Under the pieces are notes generated by a model. That model had not been told where the DNA came from and made no database searches. It worked only from the letters and a program-made list of their open reading frames with translations. Positions 39,446-51,056 of a DNA stretch of 64,000 nucleotides are shown piece by piece. Both the position numbers and the translations under genes were made by a program. Numbering within the stretch: position 1 is the first letter of the stretch; each line of letters begins with the position of its first letter. Origin of the DNA: an uncultured Aliarcobacter sp. (GTDB taxonomy: Bacteria > Campylobacterota > Campylobacteria > Campylobacterales > Arcobacteraceae); the NCBI GenBank assembly GCA_963664305.2, contig CAXXLV010000002.1, positions 1,184,001 to 1,248,000 on the forward strand. Reading direction: 5' to 3'.

Positions 39446-40888
39446 TTATAAAATATCAGGAATATCTATATTTGTCTCTTTTTCCACATCAGCAACATTT
39501 TCAAAAATTACTTCAATTGGAGCTGCACTATTTTCATTTTCTTTATCAACAAATCGTGTAAGTGCTTTTTGGAAATCTAGTTTTACTGTCCCAATAGGAC
39601 CATTTCTTTGTTTTCCAATTATAACTTCAGCTTCTTCTACTGGTTTATTTATAAACTTAGATTTATAATCTTCACCTTTATCTTTAGCTTCTTTTTCTTT
39701 TTTTGCTTCTTCTCTTTCTTTATAAACATCATCTCTATAAACAAACATGATAATATCAGCATCTTGCTCAATAGCTCCAGATTCCCTTAAATCACTTAAC
39801 ATTGGTCTTTTATCTGGTCTATTTTCAAGTCCCCTATTCAACTGAGAAAGTGCAATAATAGGAATTTTCATCTCCCTTGCAAGCATTTTTAAACCTCTTG
39901 AAATATCAGAAACCTCTTGGTGTCTATCTTTATTTCCTGTTCCTTGCATAAGTTGAAGATAATCGATGATTACAAGTCTTATATTATTTGCCTCATTTTG
40001 AGCTAATTTTCGCACCCTTGCTCTTAATTGATTGATATTTATACTTCCACCATCGTCAACAAAAAGTTTCTTTTTATTTAAATCATCAAAAGCTGCACTT
40101 AAATTTGACCATTGAGAATCATCCATATCACCTTTTCTAAGATTTTGTAATGGTATTGAAGTTTTTGCAGATAACATCCTTAACATCAATTGTTCTGCTG
40201 GCATCTCTAGAGAGAAAAATATTACACCACTTCCTCTTTCTACATTTTTTAAAGCCATATTAAGTACTAATGCAGTTTTTCCCATTGCTGGCCTTGCAGC
40301 AATAATTATCAAATCCCCTTCATTAAAACCAGTTGTTCTTCTATCAAGTGCCTCAAAACCAGTTGTTTCACCAATAAGATGTTTATTTCCAAGTTTTTTC
40401 ATCTTTTCAATATATGAAAGGGTATCACTTGTAATAGTATTCATATCTTTTAATTCAGAAGTTGCACTATCAGTTGAGATTTTATAAAGTTCACCTTGAA
40501 TAGTATCAAGTGCTTCATTTGCACTAACTTCTTCTTCAATAGCTACCTTTTTTATTGTAGTTGCTAGAGTTGCTAGTTCACGTTTAACTGAACCATCTTT
40601 TATTTCTCGTACATAAGCTAAAGTATTTGTAATTGGATTTGCTGATAAAATTTCAAGTAATATAGAATCATCTACATCTTTAGAATCAAGTCTTTTTCTT
40701 ATAAACTCTTCATCAATTGGCATATCATCATTATGAAGTTTCACCATTACTTCAAAGATTTTTTTATGAGCAGGAAGATAAAAATCTTTAGGTTTTAAAA
40801 CACCTAAAACATCTTCCAATTCTTCTGGATTAAATAAAATTGAACTTAATACAGCTCTTTCAATGTTTATACTATATACACTATCCAT
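39446..40888 (-). CDS. dnaB: Replicative DNA helicase
   Basis: AARPAMGKT, IDYLQL, LSQLNR, DLRESGAIEQDAD. No intein. Confidence 0.98.
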   Translation of the reverse strand: MDSVYSINIERAVLSSILFNPEELEDVLGVLKPKDFYLPAHKKIFEVMVKLHNDDMPIDEEFIRKRLDSKDVDDSILLEILSANPITNTLAYVREIKDGSVKRELATLATTIKKVAIEEEVSANEALDTIQGELYKISTDSATSELKDMNTITSDTLSYIEKMKKLGNKHLIGETTGFEALDRRTTGFNEGDLIIIAARPAMGKTALVLNMALKNVERGSGVIFFSLEMPAEQLMLRMLSAKTSIPLQNLRKGDMDDSQWSNLSAAFDDLNKKKLFVDDGGSININQLRARVRKLAQNEANNIRLVIIDYLQLMQGTGNKDRHQEVSDISRGLKMLAREMKIPIIALSQLNRGLENRPDKRPMLSDLRESGAIEQDADIIMFVYRDDVYKEREEAKKEKEAKDKGEDYKSKFINKPVEEAEVIIGKQRNGPIGTVKLDFQKALTRFVDKENENSAAPIEVIFENVADVEKETNIDIPDIL

Positions 40889-41949
40889 TATTTTCTTTTT
40901 TCTGCTTCAATTTCAACTTCTTGGATGAATCTATTTATAAGTGCATCTCCACTTAATTTTTCAATAATTTCACCCTTTTTCATTACAAGTCCACTACCTT
41001 TTCCAAAGGCAATTGCAACATCTGCACTTTTTGCTTCTCCGATTGCATTAACAACACAACCCATAACTGAAACATCAAGTGGAGTTTTTATGTGAGCAGT
41101 TCTTTTTTCTATTTCAGCAACTGCACTTACTAAATCTGCTTCAATTCTTCCACAAGTAGGACAAGAAACGATATTTAGTCCCTCTTTTGCAATTCCAACA
41201 TCTTTTAAAATTGCTTTTCCAACTTTAATCTCTTCTTCAAGTTCACCAGTCATAGAAACTCTTAAAGTATCACCAATTCCATCAAGTAATAAAGAGCCTA
41301 ATGCAATTGATGATTTAATTGTTGAGTGAAATTGTGTTCCAGCTTCTGTAACACCTAAATGAAATGGATAATTATTTTTAGGTCTTAATAATCTATAAGC
41401 TTCTACAGTTCTTTGAACATCACTAGCTTTTAAAGAAACCTTTAAATTCGTAAATCCTAAATCTTCAAGATATTTGATATTGTACTCAGCTGAGGCTACC
41501 ATTCCTTCTGGAGTTTGACCATATTTATCTTCAAATTGTTTTTCTAAAGAACCTGAATTTACTCCAATTCTAATTGGAATATTTCTTTGTTCGCAAGCTT
41601 TAACAATCTCTTTAACCCTACTTTTTTCTCCAATATTTCCTGGGTTAATTCTAATACAATCCACAACCTCTGCAGCAATTAAAGCAAGCTTATATTTAAA
41701 ATGAATATCTGCAACAAGTGGTAAATCTATTTGAGATTTTATATCTTTTAGTGCATTAGCTGCATCCATGTCAGGAACAGCAACTCTTACTATATCAGCA
41801 CCAGCAAAATGTAATCTTGTTATTTGTTCTACTGTTGCTTTTACATCTGATGTTTTTGAAAAAGTCATTGATTGTACTGGAATTGGTGCATCACCACCAA
41901 TAGGAACATTTCCTACGAATATTTGTTTTGTTGGGTATCTTTTTATCAT
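40888..41949 (-). CDS. ispG: HMBPP synthase
   Basis: PVQSMT, ADIHF, RINPGN, SCPTCGR, MGCVVN. Confidence 0.98.
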   Translation of the reverse strand: MIKRYPTKQIFVGNVPIGGDAPIPVQSMTFSKTSDVKATVEQITRLHFAGADIVRVAVPDMDAANALKDIKSQIDLPLVADIHFKYKLALIAAEVVDCIRINPGNIGEKSRVKEIVKACEQRNIPIRIGVNSGSLEKQFEDKYGQTPEGMVASAEYNIKYLEDLGFTNLKVSLKASDVQRTVEAYRLLRPKNNYPFHLGVTEAGTQFHSTIKSSIALGSLLLDGIGDTLRVSMTGELEEEIKVGKAILKDVGIAKEGLNIVSCPTCGRIEADLVSAVAEIEKRTAHIKTPLDVSVMGCVVNAIGEAKSADVAIAFGKGSGLVMKKGEIIEKLSGDALINRFIQEVEIEAEKRK

Positions 41950-42062
41950 AATTGGGATTTTATCACAAAAATATTAATTTAATATGAAAAATATTTAATA
42001 AAACTACAAGAAGTTATTTCCTATAATGATTTAAAATTAATATATAAATAAGTTACTGTTTT

Positions 42063-44138
42063 ATGGAAATCAAAAAAAATATTTTTATCATGATTATGTT
42101 ATTTTTAATAATAGCTTTTTTTATAACATTTGGAAGCTATTTTTATATTTTAAATAAACAATCAAAACTATTAGATTCTATCTATTTTTCTGTACACCAA
42201 AATATTACAAAAACAACAGAAAATTTAATTAAAGATAAACAAAATACAACTTTAGCAATTGCTTTATCATTGGCTAAAAATGATAATTTATTCAATTGCA
42301 TGAAAAATGAAACCTATGAAAAATTAAATTACAAAAAGATTATTGAAGAAATTAGAAATTATTCAAAATACAAAAATGTATGGATTCAAATAGTTGATAA
42401 AAATGGAAACAGTGTATATCGTTCTTGGACAGATAAAAAAGGTGACAATTTACTTTTTAGAAAAGATTTAAAAAATACTCTTACAAATCAAAATATTTCT
42501 ACTTCTATAAGTGTAGGATTATTCAATCTTACATTAAAAGCTAGAACTCCTATTTACGACGATGAAAACAATTTTCAAGGAGCTTTAGAAGTCATAACAC
42601 ATTTTAATTCAATAACAAATGATTTAAAAGAAAACAATATTAATTCATTGATAATTACTGACAAAAAATATAAAGATATATTAAAATTCCCATACACAAA
42701 TATTTTTATAGATGATTATTATATAGCTAATCTAAATGCAAATGTTGATTTATTAAATTATGTAAAAAATAATAACATTGAAAACTACATTAGTATTCCT
42801 ACTTATAAAATTGAGAATAATCAATTAATTTCTAATTATATTTTATACAATAAAAACGGTGAAAAATTAGCTTATATATTAAATTTTATTGATTTAAAAA
42901 ATATTGATACTCAAATCATAAAATCATTTAAAGTTCAAATTATTATGATTTGCGTAATTGCCTTAATTATACTTTTTTTCTCTTTTTTAATTTATCTTTA
43001 TTCTACATATTTAAAAGATATTAAACAGCAAGAAAATAAAAAACAATCTATTTTAGATTCACAATCGAGTATCATTGTAATTACAAATGGTTTAGAAATT
43101 ATAGATGCAAATAAAAAATTATTTGAATTTTTTACTACAGTTTCAAATTTAAATGAGTTTAAAAATAAATATAAATGTATCTGTTCTGCATTTCTAGATT
43201 TAAAAGATGAAATGTATATTATAGAAAAAGATTATGATGGAAAAAATTGGGCTGAATATGTTTTTGAAAATAGTGATAAAAATTACAGAGTTGCAATGAA
43301 AAATTCATCAAATGAAGTTAGACATTTTTCATTAAATGCTTCTAAAATAAAATCTGAAAACTATATCATAACTACTTTTACAGATATAACAAAAGAGATT
43401 GAACAAATTGACAAAGATAAAGAAAAAGATAGACTTCTTTATCAACAATCAAAAATTGCTGCCATTGCAGATATTCTTAGAAATATTGCCCATCAATGGA
43501 GACAACCTTTAAGTGTAATTAGTACAATTACAAGTGGAATGAAACTTCAAAAAGAACTAAATAATCTTTCAAATGATGAATTCAATAACTCTTGTGATGT
43601 GATTATTAACAATACACAAAAACTTTCAAATACAATTGAAAACTTCACAAATTTCTTCTCAAAAGATGAAGTTGTTGTAAATTTTTCAGTCGTAGAAACA
43701 ATAAAAAATACCCTTGCATTTTTTGATTCTATTTTTGAAAAGAACAATATAAAATGTAGTTTCAATTATGATACAGATTTCGTACTAAATTGTAATAAAA
43801 ATGATTTTTCTGAAGCAATTTTAAATATAATAGATAACTCAGTTTATGCACTAATTGAAAATAAAAATGAAGAAGAAAGATTTATTTTTGTTGATTTTAA
43901 AGATAAAGTATTACAAATAAAAGATAGTGCAAATGGTATAGATGAAGATATTCTTTCTAAAATTGTAGAACCTTATTTTACAACTAAACATCAATCTTTT
44001 GGTGTTGGACTTGGTTTATATGTAGTTCATGAATTTTTTGTTAAAAATTTAGGTTATAAAATCAATATCAAAAATGTAACATTTGAACATGAAAATAAGA
44101 AATATTCAGGAACAAACTTCATAATTGACTTCAATTAA
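42063..44138 (+). CDS. Sensor histidine kinase (periplasmic Cache-like plus PAS-like), no adjacent regulator
   Basis: Two TM helices, IAHQWRQPL, PYFTTK, GVGLGLY. Confidence 0.9.
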   Translation: MEIKKNIFIMIMLFLIIAFFITFGSYFYILNKQSKLLDSIYFSVHQNITKTTENLIKDKQNTTLAIALSLAKNDNLFNCMKNETYEKLNYKKIIEEIRNYSKYKNVWIQIVDKNGNSVYRSWTDKKGDNLLFRKDLKNTLTNQNISTSISVGLFNLTLKARTPIYDDENNFQGALEVITHFNSITNDLKENNINSLIITDKKYKDILKFPYTNIFIDDYYIANLNANVDLLNYVKNNNIENYISIPTYKIENNQLISNYILYNKNGEKLAYILNFIDLKNIDTQIIKSFKVQIIMICVIALIILFFSFLIYLYSTYLKDIKQQENKKQSILDSQSSIIVITNGLEIIDANKKLFEFFTTVSNLNEFKNKYKCICSAFLDLKDEMYIIEKDYDGKNWAEYVFENSDKNYRVAMKNSSNEVRHFSLNASKIKSENYIITTFTDITKEIEQIDKDKEKDRLLYQQSKIAAIADILRNIAHQWRQPLSVISTITSGMKLQKELNNLSNDEFNNSCDVIINNTQKLSNTIENFTNFFSKDEVVVNFSVVETIKNTLAFFDSIFEKNNIKCSFNYDTDFVLNCNKNDFSEAILNIIDNSVYALIENKNEEERFIFVDFKDKVLQIKDSANGIDEDILSKIVEPYFTTKHQSFGVGLGLYVVHEFFVKNLGYKINIKNVTFEHENKKYSGTNFIIDFN

Positions 44139-44194
44139 ACTTCTATTTTGTAAAGATTGGATAAAATACCCGCATTAATAAGAAAAGGATTTTT

Positions 44195-44929
44195 ATGCAA
44201 GATTTTGCTATTTTTGATTTAATAATAATATCTATTACTCTTATTTTAGGACTAAAAGGTCTTTTTAGAGGGCTAATTAAAGAAGTATTTGGGATTATTG
44301 GAATCATTGGTGCAATTTTTGTAGCTTCAAGAATTTCAACAGAAACGGGTGAATTATTAGCTCCGGTATTAGTTTTAGAGAATCAAGCAACAATAAAATT
44401 AATTGGATTTGTGGTAGCTTTAGTTGGTGTTTGGCTTGTAGTTTATAGCGCAGGATTAGTTGTTAGTAAAATTTTCTCAGCAAGTGGTTTAGGTGTTATT
44501 GATAGAATACTTGGATTTGTTTTTGGTGCAGCAAAAATATTTTTAATTTTTTCTGTTATCTCTTATGCACTTTATCAAGTTCATTCATTTAAAAAAGTTA
44601 TGGATGAAAAATTTGCTACTTCAATAGTAATGCCACATTTAATTAGTGTTGGTTCTTACATCATAAAACTAGATACTGATTCACTAACGAATAGTTTTGA
44701 TAAAGCTGTTAAATCAGTTAAAGATACACAAATTGTAAAAGATGCTACTTCTAATCTAAAAGAAGAAGTTAATTCAACTGTTGATGGAGTACAAGAGGCT
44801 ATTAAAGATGAAGTAATTCAAAAAGTTGAAGAAAAGATTGAAGATACTACAAATACAACTTCTGAACAAGTTGATGCAGTAAAAGAAAAACTAAAAAATA
44901 TTGCAAATAAACCAGAAGAAAATAAATAA
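44195..44929 (+). CDS. cvpA: CvpA family membrane protein
   Basis: KGLFRGLIKEV, IDRILGFVFG, located upstream of lysS. Confidence 0.88.
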   Translation: MQDFAIFDLIIISITLILGLKGLFRGLIKEVFGIIGIIGAIFVASRISTETGELLAPVLVLENQATIKLIGFVVALVGVWLVVYSAGLVVSKIFSASGLGVIDRILGFVFGAAKIFLIFSVISYALYQVHSFKKVMDEKFATSIVMPHLISVGSYIIKLDTDSLTNSFDKAVKSVKDTQIVKDATSNLKEEVNSTVDGVQEAIKDEVIQKVEEKIEDTTNTTSEQVDAVKEKLKNIANKPEENK

Positions 44930-44941
44930 AGGGATTTAATA

Positions 44942-46459
44942 TTGTTTGAGAATAAATATATACAACAAAGAATAGAAAAAGCAGAAAAATTAAGAGAAGT
45001 TGGGATTAATCCTTACTCAAATGATAGTTCAAGAAATTGTACAATTGCAAAATATTTAAACGTAAATAGTGATATTTTACATAGCGAAGAAAAAAGAGAT
45101 GAAAATAGAACTTATACAGTTGCAGGAAGAATTAAATTTTTTAGACTAATGGGGAAAGCTGCTTTCTTAAAAATTGAAGATGAAAGTGGAATGCTTCAAA
45201 TTTATGTAGCAAGAGATAATTTACCAGAAGGTTTTTACAACGATATTTTCAAAAAAAATATTGAAGTTGGTGATATTATTGAAGTTTCAGGTTATCCTTT
45301 TGTAACTGGACAAGGTGAACTTTCATTACATGCAGATGGTTTAAAAATACTAACAAAAGCTATTTCTCCACTTCCTGAAAAATATCATGGAATTCAAGAT
45401 AAAGAGTTAAGATATAGACAAAGATATTTAGACTTAATCATGAATTCGGAAGTTCGAAAAACTTTTCAAATCAGAAGTAAAGTAATTAGTTTAACTAGAA
45501 GATTTTTTGAAAACAAAGGTTTCTTAGAAGTTGAAACTCCAATGATGCACCCAATTGCAGGTGGAGCAAATGCTAAACCTTTTGTTACTCATCATAATGC
45601 TTTAGGAATTGATAGATTTTTAAGAATCGCACCAGAATTATATTTAAAAAGATTAATTGTTGGTGGATTTGAAGCAGTATTTGAAATCAATAGAAACTTT
45701 AGAAATGAAGGAATGGATGCAACTCATAATCCTGAATTTACTTCAATTGAATTTTATTGGGCTTATAAAACTTATAAAGATTTAATTCTTTTAACAAAAG
45801 AGTATTTTGAATACTTATTTGAACACTTAAATTTACCAACACTATTACCTTATGGTGATTTTAAAATTGACTTTAGTAAATTTACTGAAATTCCATTAAT
45901 TCAATCTTTATATGAAATTGGTGGTGTTCCACAAGATATCGTTGAAGATAAAGAAAAAATTCTTGCATTTTTAAGAGCTAATAATTTAGAAGCTAATGCA
46001 AATTTAAATTTAGGTCAACTTCAAGGTGAATTATTTGACGAATATGTTGAAGATAAATTAATTAATCCAACATTTATCACTGAATATCCAGTTGAAATTT
46101 CACCACTTGCAAGAAGAAATGATGAAAAACCACATTTAACAGATAGATTTGAATTATTTATTGCAGGTAAAGAAATTGCTAATGCGTTTAGTGAGTTAAA
46201 TGACCCAATAGACCAACTTCAAAGATTTGAAGGTCAAATCGCTGCAAAAGAAGCTGGTGATGATGAAGCACATGAAATGGATGAAGATTTTGTAAATGCT
46301 TTATCTTATGGTATGGCTCCAACAGCAGGTCAAGGTATTGGTATTGATAGATTAGTAATGATGTTAACTAATGAACATTCAATTAGAGATGTTTTATTAT
46401 TCCCAGCTATGAAACCAATCAAACATGAAATTGATTTATATGAAGATCAAGAAAATTAA
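44942..46459 (+). CDS. lysS: Lysine--tRNA ligase
   Basis: [35 protein letters not shown]. Confidence 0.98.
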   Translation: MFENKYIQQRIEKAEKLREVGINPYSNDSSRNCTIAKYLNVNSDILHSEEKRDENRTYTVAGRIKFFRLMGKAAFLKIEDESGMLQIYVARDNLPEGFYNDIFKKNIEVGDIIEVSGYPFVTGQGELSLHADGLKILTKAISPLPEKYHGIQDKELRYRQRYLDLIMNSEVRKTFQIRSKVISLTRRFFENKGFLEVETPMMHPIAGGANAKPFVTHHNALGIDRFLRIAPELYLKRLIVGGFEAVFEINRNFRNEGMDATHNPEFTSIEFYWAYKTYKDLILLTKEYFEYLFEHLNLPTLLPYGDFKIDFSKFTEIPLIQSLYEIGGVPQDIVEDKEKILAFLRANNLEANANLNLGQLQGELFDEYVEDKLINPTFITEYPVEISPLARRNDEKPHLTDRFELFIAGKEIANAFSELNDPIDQLQRFEGQIAAKEAGDDEAHEMDEDFVNALSYGMAPTAGQGIGIDRLVMMLTNEHSIRDVLLFPAMKPIKHEIDLYEDQEN

Positions 46460-46484
46460 TTAGAAAAAAGATTAAGGAGCAAAT

Positions 46485-47747
46485 ATGAGTTATATAACAA
46501 GTGCGAATTTAGAGCAAGCAGATAATGAAGTATTTTCAATAATTGAAAACGAATTAAAAAGACAAACAAACCATTTAGAAATGATTGCATCTGAGAACTT
46601 TACTTCTCCAGCTGTTATGCAAGCTATGGGTTCTGTTTTCACTAACAAATATGCTGAGGGTTATCCTTATAAAAGATATTATGGTGGTTGTGAATTTGCT
46701 GACCAAGTTGAGCAATTAGCTATTGACAGAGCTTGTAAAATCTTTGGTTGTTCTTATGCTAATGTTCAACCTCATTCTGGAAGCCAAGCTAATGGTGCTG
46801 TTTATGCTGCATTATTAAGTGCTGGTGATAAAATCTTAGGTATGGATTTATCTCATGGTGGACATTTAACTCATGGTTCTAAACCTTCATTCTCTGGTAA
46901 AAACTATTCTGCTTTTTATTATGGTGTTGAATTAGATGGTAGAATCAACTATGACAAAGTTATGGAAATTGCAAAAATTTGTCAACCAAAAATAATTGTA
47001 TGTGGTGCTTCTGCATACGCAAGAGAAATTGACTTTAAAAAATTCAGAGAAATAGCTGATGCTGTTGGTGCTATTTTATTTGCTGATATTGCTCACATTG
47101 CAGGACTTGTTGCTGCTGGTGAACACATGAGTCCATTCCCATATGCTGATGTTGTTACAACTACTACTCACAAGACTTTAAGAGGTCCAAGAGGTGGTAT
47201 GATTATGACAAATGATGAAGAGATTGCTAAAAAAATAAATTCAGCTATTTTCCCAGGATTACAAGGTGGACCACTTGTTCATGTAATTGCTGCAAAAGCT
47301 GTTGCATTTAAAGAAATTTTAGATCCATCATGGAAAGATTATGCAAAACAAGTAAAAGCAAATGCAAAAGTATTAGCAGAAGTTCTTACAAAAAGAGGAT
47401 ATGACATTGTAAGTGGTGGAACAGATAATCACTTAATTTTAGTATCATTTTTAAATAAACCATTCAGTGGAAAAGATGCAGATGCAGCTTTAGGAAATGC
47501 TGGAATTACTGTAAATAAAAACACAGTACCAGGAGAGACAAGAAGTCCATTTGTTACTTCAGGGATTAGAATAGGAAGTCCTGCATTAACTGCACGTGGA
47601 ATGAAAGAAAAAGAGTTTGAAATTATTGCAAACAAAATTTGTGATGTATTAGATAACATTGAAGATTCAGCATTACATGCTAAAATCAACAAAGAATTAG
47701 AAGAATTAGCTTCTGGTTTTGTGATTTACAATCAATCGACTTTCTAG
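46485..47747 (+). CDS. glyA: Serine hydroxymethyltransferase
   Basis: [26 protein letters not shown]. Confidence 0.98.
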   Translation: MSYITSANLEQADNEVFSIIENELKRQTNHLEMIASENFTSPAVMQAMGSVFTNKYAEGYPYKRYYGGCEFADQVEQLAIDRACKIFGCSYANVQPHSGSQANGAVYAALLSAGDKILGMDLSHGGHLTHGSKPSFSGKNYSAFYYGVELDGRINYDKVMEIAKICQPKIIVCGASAYAREIDFKKFREIADAVGAILFADIAHIAGLVAAGEHMSPFPYADVVTTTTHKTLRGPRGGMIMTNDEEIAKKINSAIFPGLQGGPLVHVIAAKAVAFKEILDPSWKDYAKQVKANAKVLAEVLTKRGYDIVSGGTDNHLILVSFLNKPFSGKDADAALGNAGITVNKNTVPGETRSPFVTSGIRIGSPALTARGMKEKEFEIIANKICDVLDNIEDSALHAKINKELEELASGFVIYNQSTF

Positions 47748-47774
47748 GATTTAGAGATAAAATAAGGATAAGTT

Positions 47775-48788
47775 ATGCAAATAAAAGGTGAAGAGTTCAT
47801 AAAGAAAGTTCAACTTCAACAAGAAAGAGAAGAACTTGAAAGAAAGCTAAGTGAACTTGAAGAAGTTGAAGTATCAATAAGTAATATTAATCTTAATAAT
47901 AATTTAAATATGAATAATAATGATTCAATTAATTTAAATAGAAATACTCAATTTGAACCAAATGAACATGAACTTGATAATATTATGTTAGGTACTTCTT
48001 CAACTGGAAGTAATGAAGAGAACAAGAAAAAATATCTAATTTTAGGTATTGTTCTTGTTGTATTATTTTTATTAACAATTATTATTATAAGACTTCTTAC
48101 AAATGATCCAGCAAAAGATGATCAATTTACTTCTAATAATGCGAACTCTTCTGAAATAAAAAAATTATCTGAAAATAGTAATATTGAAGAAAATTTCCAA
48201 AAAATCATTAATGAAAGAGTTAAAAAAGATTCTAATGAACCAATGATTCCAGAAAATGCAATTCCTGCAGATCAAAGACTTCAAAATTTACAACAAACAA
48301 ATGATAGTACAACTCAAGAAGAGAGAGAAACTATTCAAGAAGAAGCACCTGCTAATATCTCTAATGAAACTTTAGATGAAACAATTAAAAAAATTGAAGA
48401 GAAAAAAGCTACTCAAAAAGAAAAAGTAGTTCAAACTACTGAGAAAAAGACTTCACAAACAAAAGAAGTAACTCAAAATGTTGAACAAAAAAAATCTGTA
48501 AGAGATTTAATGGATTCTCCAAGTTCATCATCTACGACTTCATCAACAGCAATGTCTTCAGGATATTTTGTACAAATTGGAGCTTTTACAAAAAAACCTT
48601 CTGATAGTTATATAAATACTATTAGAAATGCAAAATTTAAATATAAAATATACCAACAAGAAATAAAAGGTGTAACTTATAATAAAGTTTTAATTGGACC
48701 TTATTCATCAAAAGCTGCTGCTAGTGAAAGTGTTGATGATATAAAAGAAAAATTAAACGTTACAAGTGCATTTGTTGTTAAATTTTAA
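47775..48788 (+). CDS. SPOR-domain cell division protein
   Basis: Single TM, low-complexity linker, C-terminal YFVQIGAF...VLIGPY. Confidence 0.88.
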   Translation: MQIKGEEFIKKVQLQQEREELERKLSELEEVEVSISNINLNNNLNMNNNDSINLNRNTQFEPNEHELDNIMLGTSSTGSNEENKKKYLILGIVLVVLFLLTIIIIRLLTNDPAKDDQFTSNNANSSEIKKLSENSNIEENFQKIINERVKKDSNEPMIPENAIPADQRLQNLQQTNDSTTQEERETIQEEAPANISNETLDETIKKIEEKKATQKEKVVQTTEKKTSQTKEVTQNVEQKKSVRDLMDSPSSSSTTSSTAMSSGYFVQIGAFTKKPSDSYINTIRNAKFKYKIYQQEIKGVTYNKVLIGPYSSKAAASESVDDIKEKLNVTSAFVVKF

Positions 48789-48800
48789 AAAGAGAGTATT

Positions 48801-50210
48801 ATGAACTTTTACAGCAAAGAAATTTTATTAGATCAATTTACACCTGTTTCAATTTATGAAAAAGTGAAATCATTATATCAACATGAAATCACTTTTTTAT
48901 TTGAAAGTACAATCAATTCAAGTGATGGAAACTACTCTTATATAATTATTGGAGATAGAGAAAGAGTTTGGTATGATAAAGATACTTGCTATTATAAAAA
49001 TGAAGAAGGCGAAGTAACAATTGTTGATTCAAATCCTCTGCTTTTTTTAAAAAAATATTATAAAAACTTTGATAAACAATTATATAAAGAAAAAGCTCTT
49101 GAATTAGGTATTGGTCTAATTGATGGATTTATTGGAAATGTAGGTTATGATATTGGAAAAGAGTTTGAACCTAAACTAAAAGAATCAATGAATAACTTAG
49201 TTGACCAATTAGATATGCCTGATTTAGACCTAATCAGACCAAACATTATTTTAGGTTTCTCACATAAAACTTCTAAACTTGTTATGGTTACGTCTGTTGA
49301 ATCAAAAAAAGATGAACTAAAAACTATTGAAGATATTCTTTATACAACATATTCTTATGCCCCATTAAAAAAAGCAACTCTATTAGATGAAGGTAAATTC
49401 AACTTTACAAAAGAAGAATTTTTTGAAATGGTAGCACGTTCAAAAGAGATGATTAAATCTGGAGACGTATTTCAGATTTTAATGTCAAATAGATTTATTC
49501 AAAAAGCTGTAGTTGATCATTTAAGTTTTTATAGAGCTTTAAGAAGTAAAAACCCAAGTCCTTATCTATTTTTATTAGAGTTTGAGAAATTTACAATTGC
49601 TGGAAGTAGTCCTGAAGTTATGATTAGACTTGTTGATGGACATTTACTTTTAAGACCAATTGCAGGAACTAGAAAAAGAGGAAAAAATCTAGATAGAGAT
49701 TTAGAATTAGAAGCTGAAATGTTAAATGATACTAAAGAAAAAGCTGAACATATTATGCTTGTTGATTTAGGAAGAAATGACGTTGGTCGTGTTGCACGTC
49801 CAGGAACTGTTAAAGTTACAGATTTGATGAGAGTTGAAAGATACTCACATGTAATGCATATGGTTTCAGATGTTGAAGCTATAATTGATGACAAATATGA
49901 CATGTTCGATTTATTTATGGCAACTTTTACAGCAGGAACAATGACAGGAGCTCCTAAAATTAGAGCGATGGAATTAATTGCTCAATTTGAAGGAATAAAA
50001 AGAAATTTCTATTCTGGAAGTATCGCATATTTTGGTTTTGATGGAAATATGGATAGTGCAATTACAATTAGAACAACTTTATTAACAGAAGATACTGTTG
50101 TATTCCAAGCAGGAGCTGGAGTTGTTGCTGATTCTAATCCTGAACTTGAATATCTTGAAGTTCAAAATAAACTAGCTGCTAATATCTCTACTTTAAAAGA
50201 CTTATCTTAA
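48801..50210 (+). CDS. trpE: Anthranilate synthase component I
   Basis: NPSPY, GSSPE, PIAGT, EHIMLVDLGRND, TGAPKIRAME. Confidence 0.92.
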   Translation: MNFYSKEILLDQFTPVSIYEKVKSLYQHEITFLFESTINSSDGNYSYIIIGDRERVWYDKDTCYYKNEEGEVTIVDSNPLLFLKKYYKNFDKQLYKEKALELGIGLIDGFIGNVGYDIGKEFEPKLKESMNNLVDQLDMPDLDLIRPNIILGFSHKTSKLVMVTSVESKKDELKTIEDILYTTYSYAPLKKATLLDEGKFNFTKEEFFEMVARSKEMIKSGDVFQILMSNRFIQKAVVDHLSFYRALRSKNPSPYLFLLEFEKFTIAGSSPEVMIRLVDGHLLLRPIAGTRKRGKNLDRDLELEAEMLNDTKEKAEHIMLVDLGRNDVGRVARPGTVKVTDLMRVERYSHVMHMVSDVEAIIDDKYDMFDLFMATFTAGTMTGAPKIRAMELIAQFEGIKRNFYSGSIAYFGFDGNMDSAITIRTTLLTEDTVVFQAGAGVVADSNPELEYLEVQNKLAANISTLKDLS

Positions 50211-50270
50211 TTTATTAATTTAATATTGGCTATTATTTCAAACATAAAAGCCAATATTAAAGGATATAAA

Positions 50271-51056
50271 TTGTTACTTGGTGTAAATATTGACCACATT
50301 GCAGTTTTAAGAGAAGCTCGAAAAATTAATGACCCAAATCCCCTTGATGCACTTGGTATTTGTAAACTAAGTGGTGCAGATCAAATTACAATCCACTTAA
50401 GAGAAGATAGACGACACATCCACGATAATGATGCAAAAGCTATCATAGAACAATCAGCATTACCAGTAAACTTAGAGTGTTCAATCAATAGTGATATTAT
50501 TGATATAGTTTGTAAACTAAAACCAAGTCGTGCTACTTTAGTTCCTGAAAATAGAAATGAAGTTACAACTGAAGGTGGACTTGATGTAAAAGGAAACTTT
50601 GAAAAACTTCAAAAAGTAATAGACAAACTTCATCAAAATGAGATTGAAGTTTCACTTTTCATTGATCCAAATGAAGAAATTATTGAATTATCAAAAGAGT
50701 TAGAAGTTGAATGGATTGAACTTCATACTGGAACATTTGCAAATATCTATGCAATGCTAAATACAAATTTATCAAACACTCATCACTCAATAAAAGAATT
50801 AGAATTAAGTAAACAAGAATTAAAAACAAAACTTGCAAAATCTGTAAAAGAGATAGAAAATTCTTCAAAACTAGCAAGAAAACTAGGATTAAAAATTGCA
50901 GCAGGTCATGGATTAAATTATCAAAATGTAACAATGATTTCAAGAATTCCTGAAGTTGAAGAGTTAAATATTGGTCAAAGTATAATAGCTCGTTCAGTTT
51001 TTACAGGACTTAATAAAGCAATAATTGATATGAAAGAATTGATTAAAAATGATTGA
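50271..51056 (+). CDS. pdxJ: Pyridoxine 5'-phosphate synthase
   Basis: LGVNIDH, HLREDRRH, AGHGL, ELNIG. TTG start at 50271 after AAGGA is preferred. Confidence 0.97.
   Translation: MLLGVNIDHIAVLREARKINDPNPLDALGICKLSGADQITIHLREDRRHIHDNDAKAIIEQSALPVNLECSINSDIIDIVCKLKPSRATLVPENRNEVTTEGGLDVKGNFEKLQKVIDKLHQNEIEVSLFIDPNEEIIELSKELEVEWIELHTGTFANIYAMLNTNLSNTHHSIKELELSKQELKTKLAKSVKEIENSSKLARKLGLKIAAGHGLNYQNVTMISRIPEVEELNIGQSIIARSVFTGLNKAIIDMKELIKND

Noticed and set aside
44929..44942. No fur gene between cvpA and lysS (present there in Campylobacter jejuni)
   Set aside because: cvpA-lysS-glyA without fur is also the Helicobacter arrangement, so it is not unusual.
48801..50210. trpE and trpB dispersed, with no trp operon or attenuator
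   Set aside because: No Trp-rich leader peptide was seen, and scattered trp genes alone are not evidence of a novel system.
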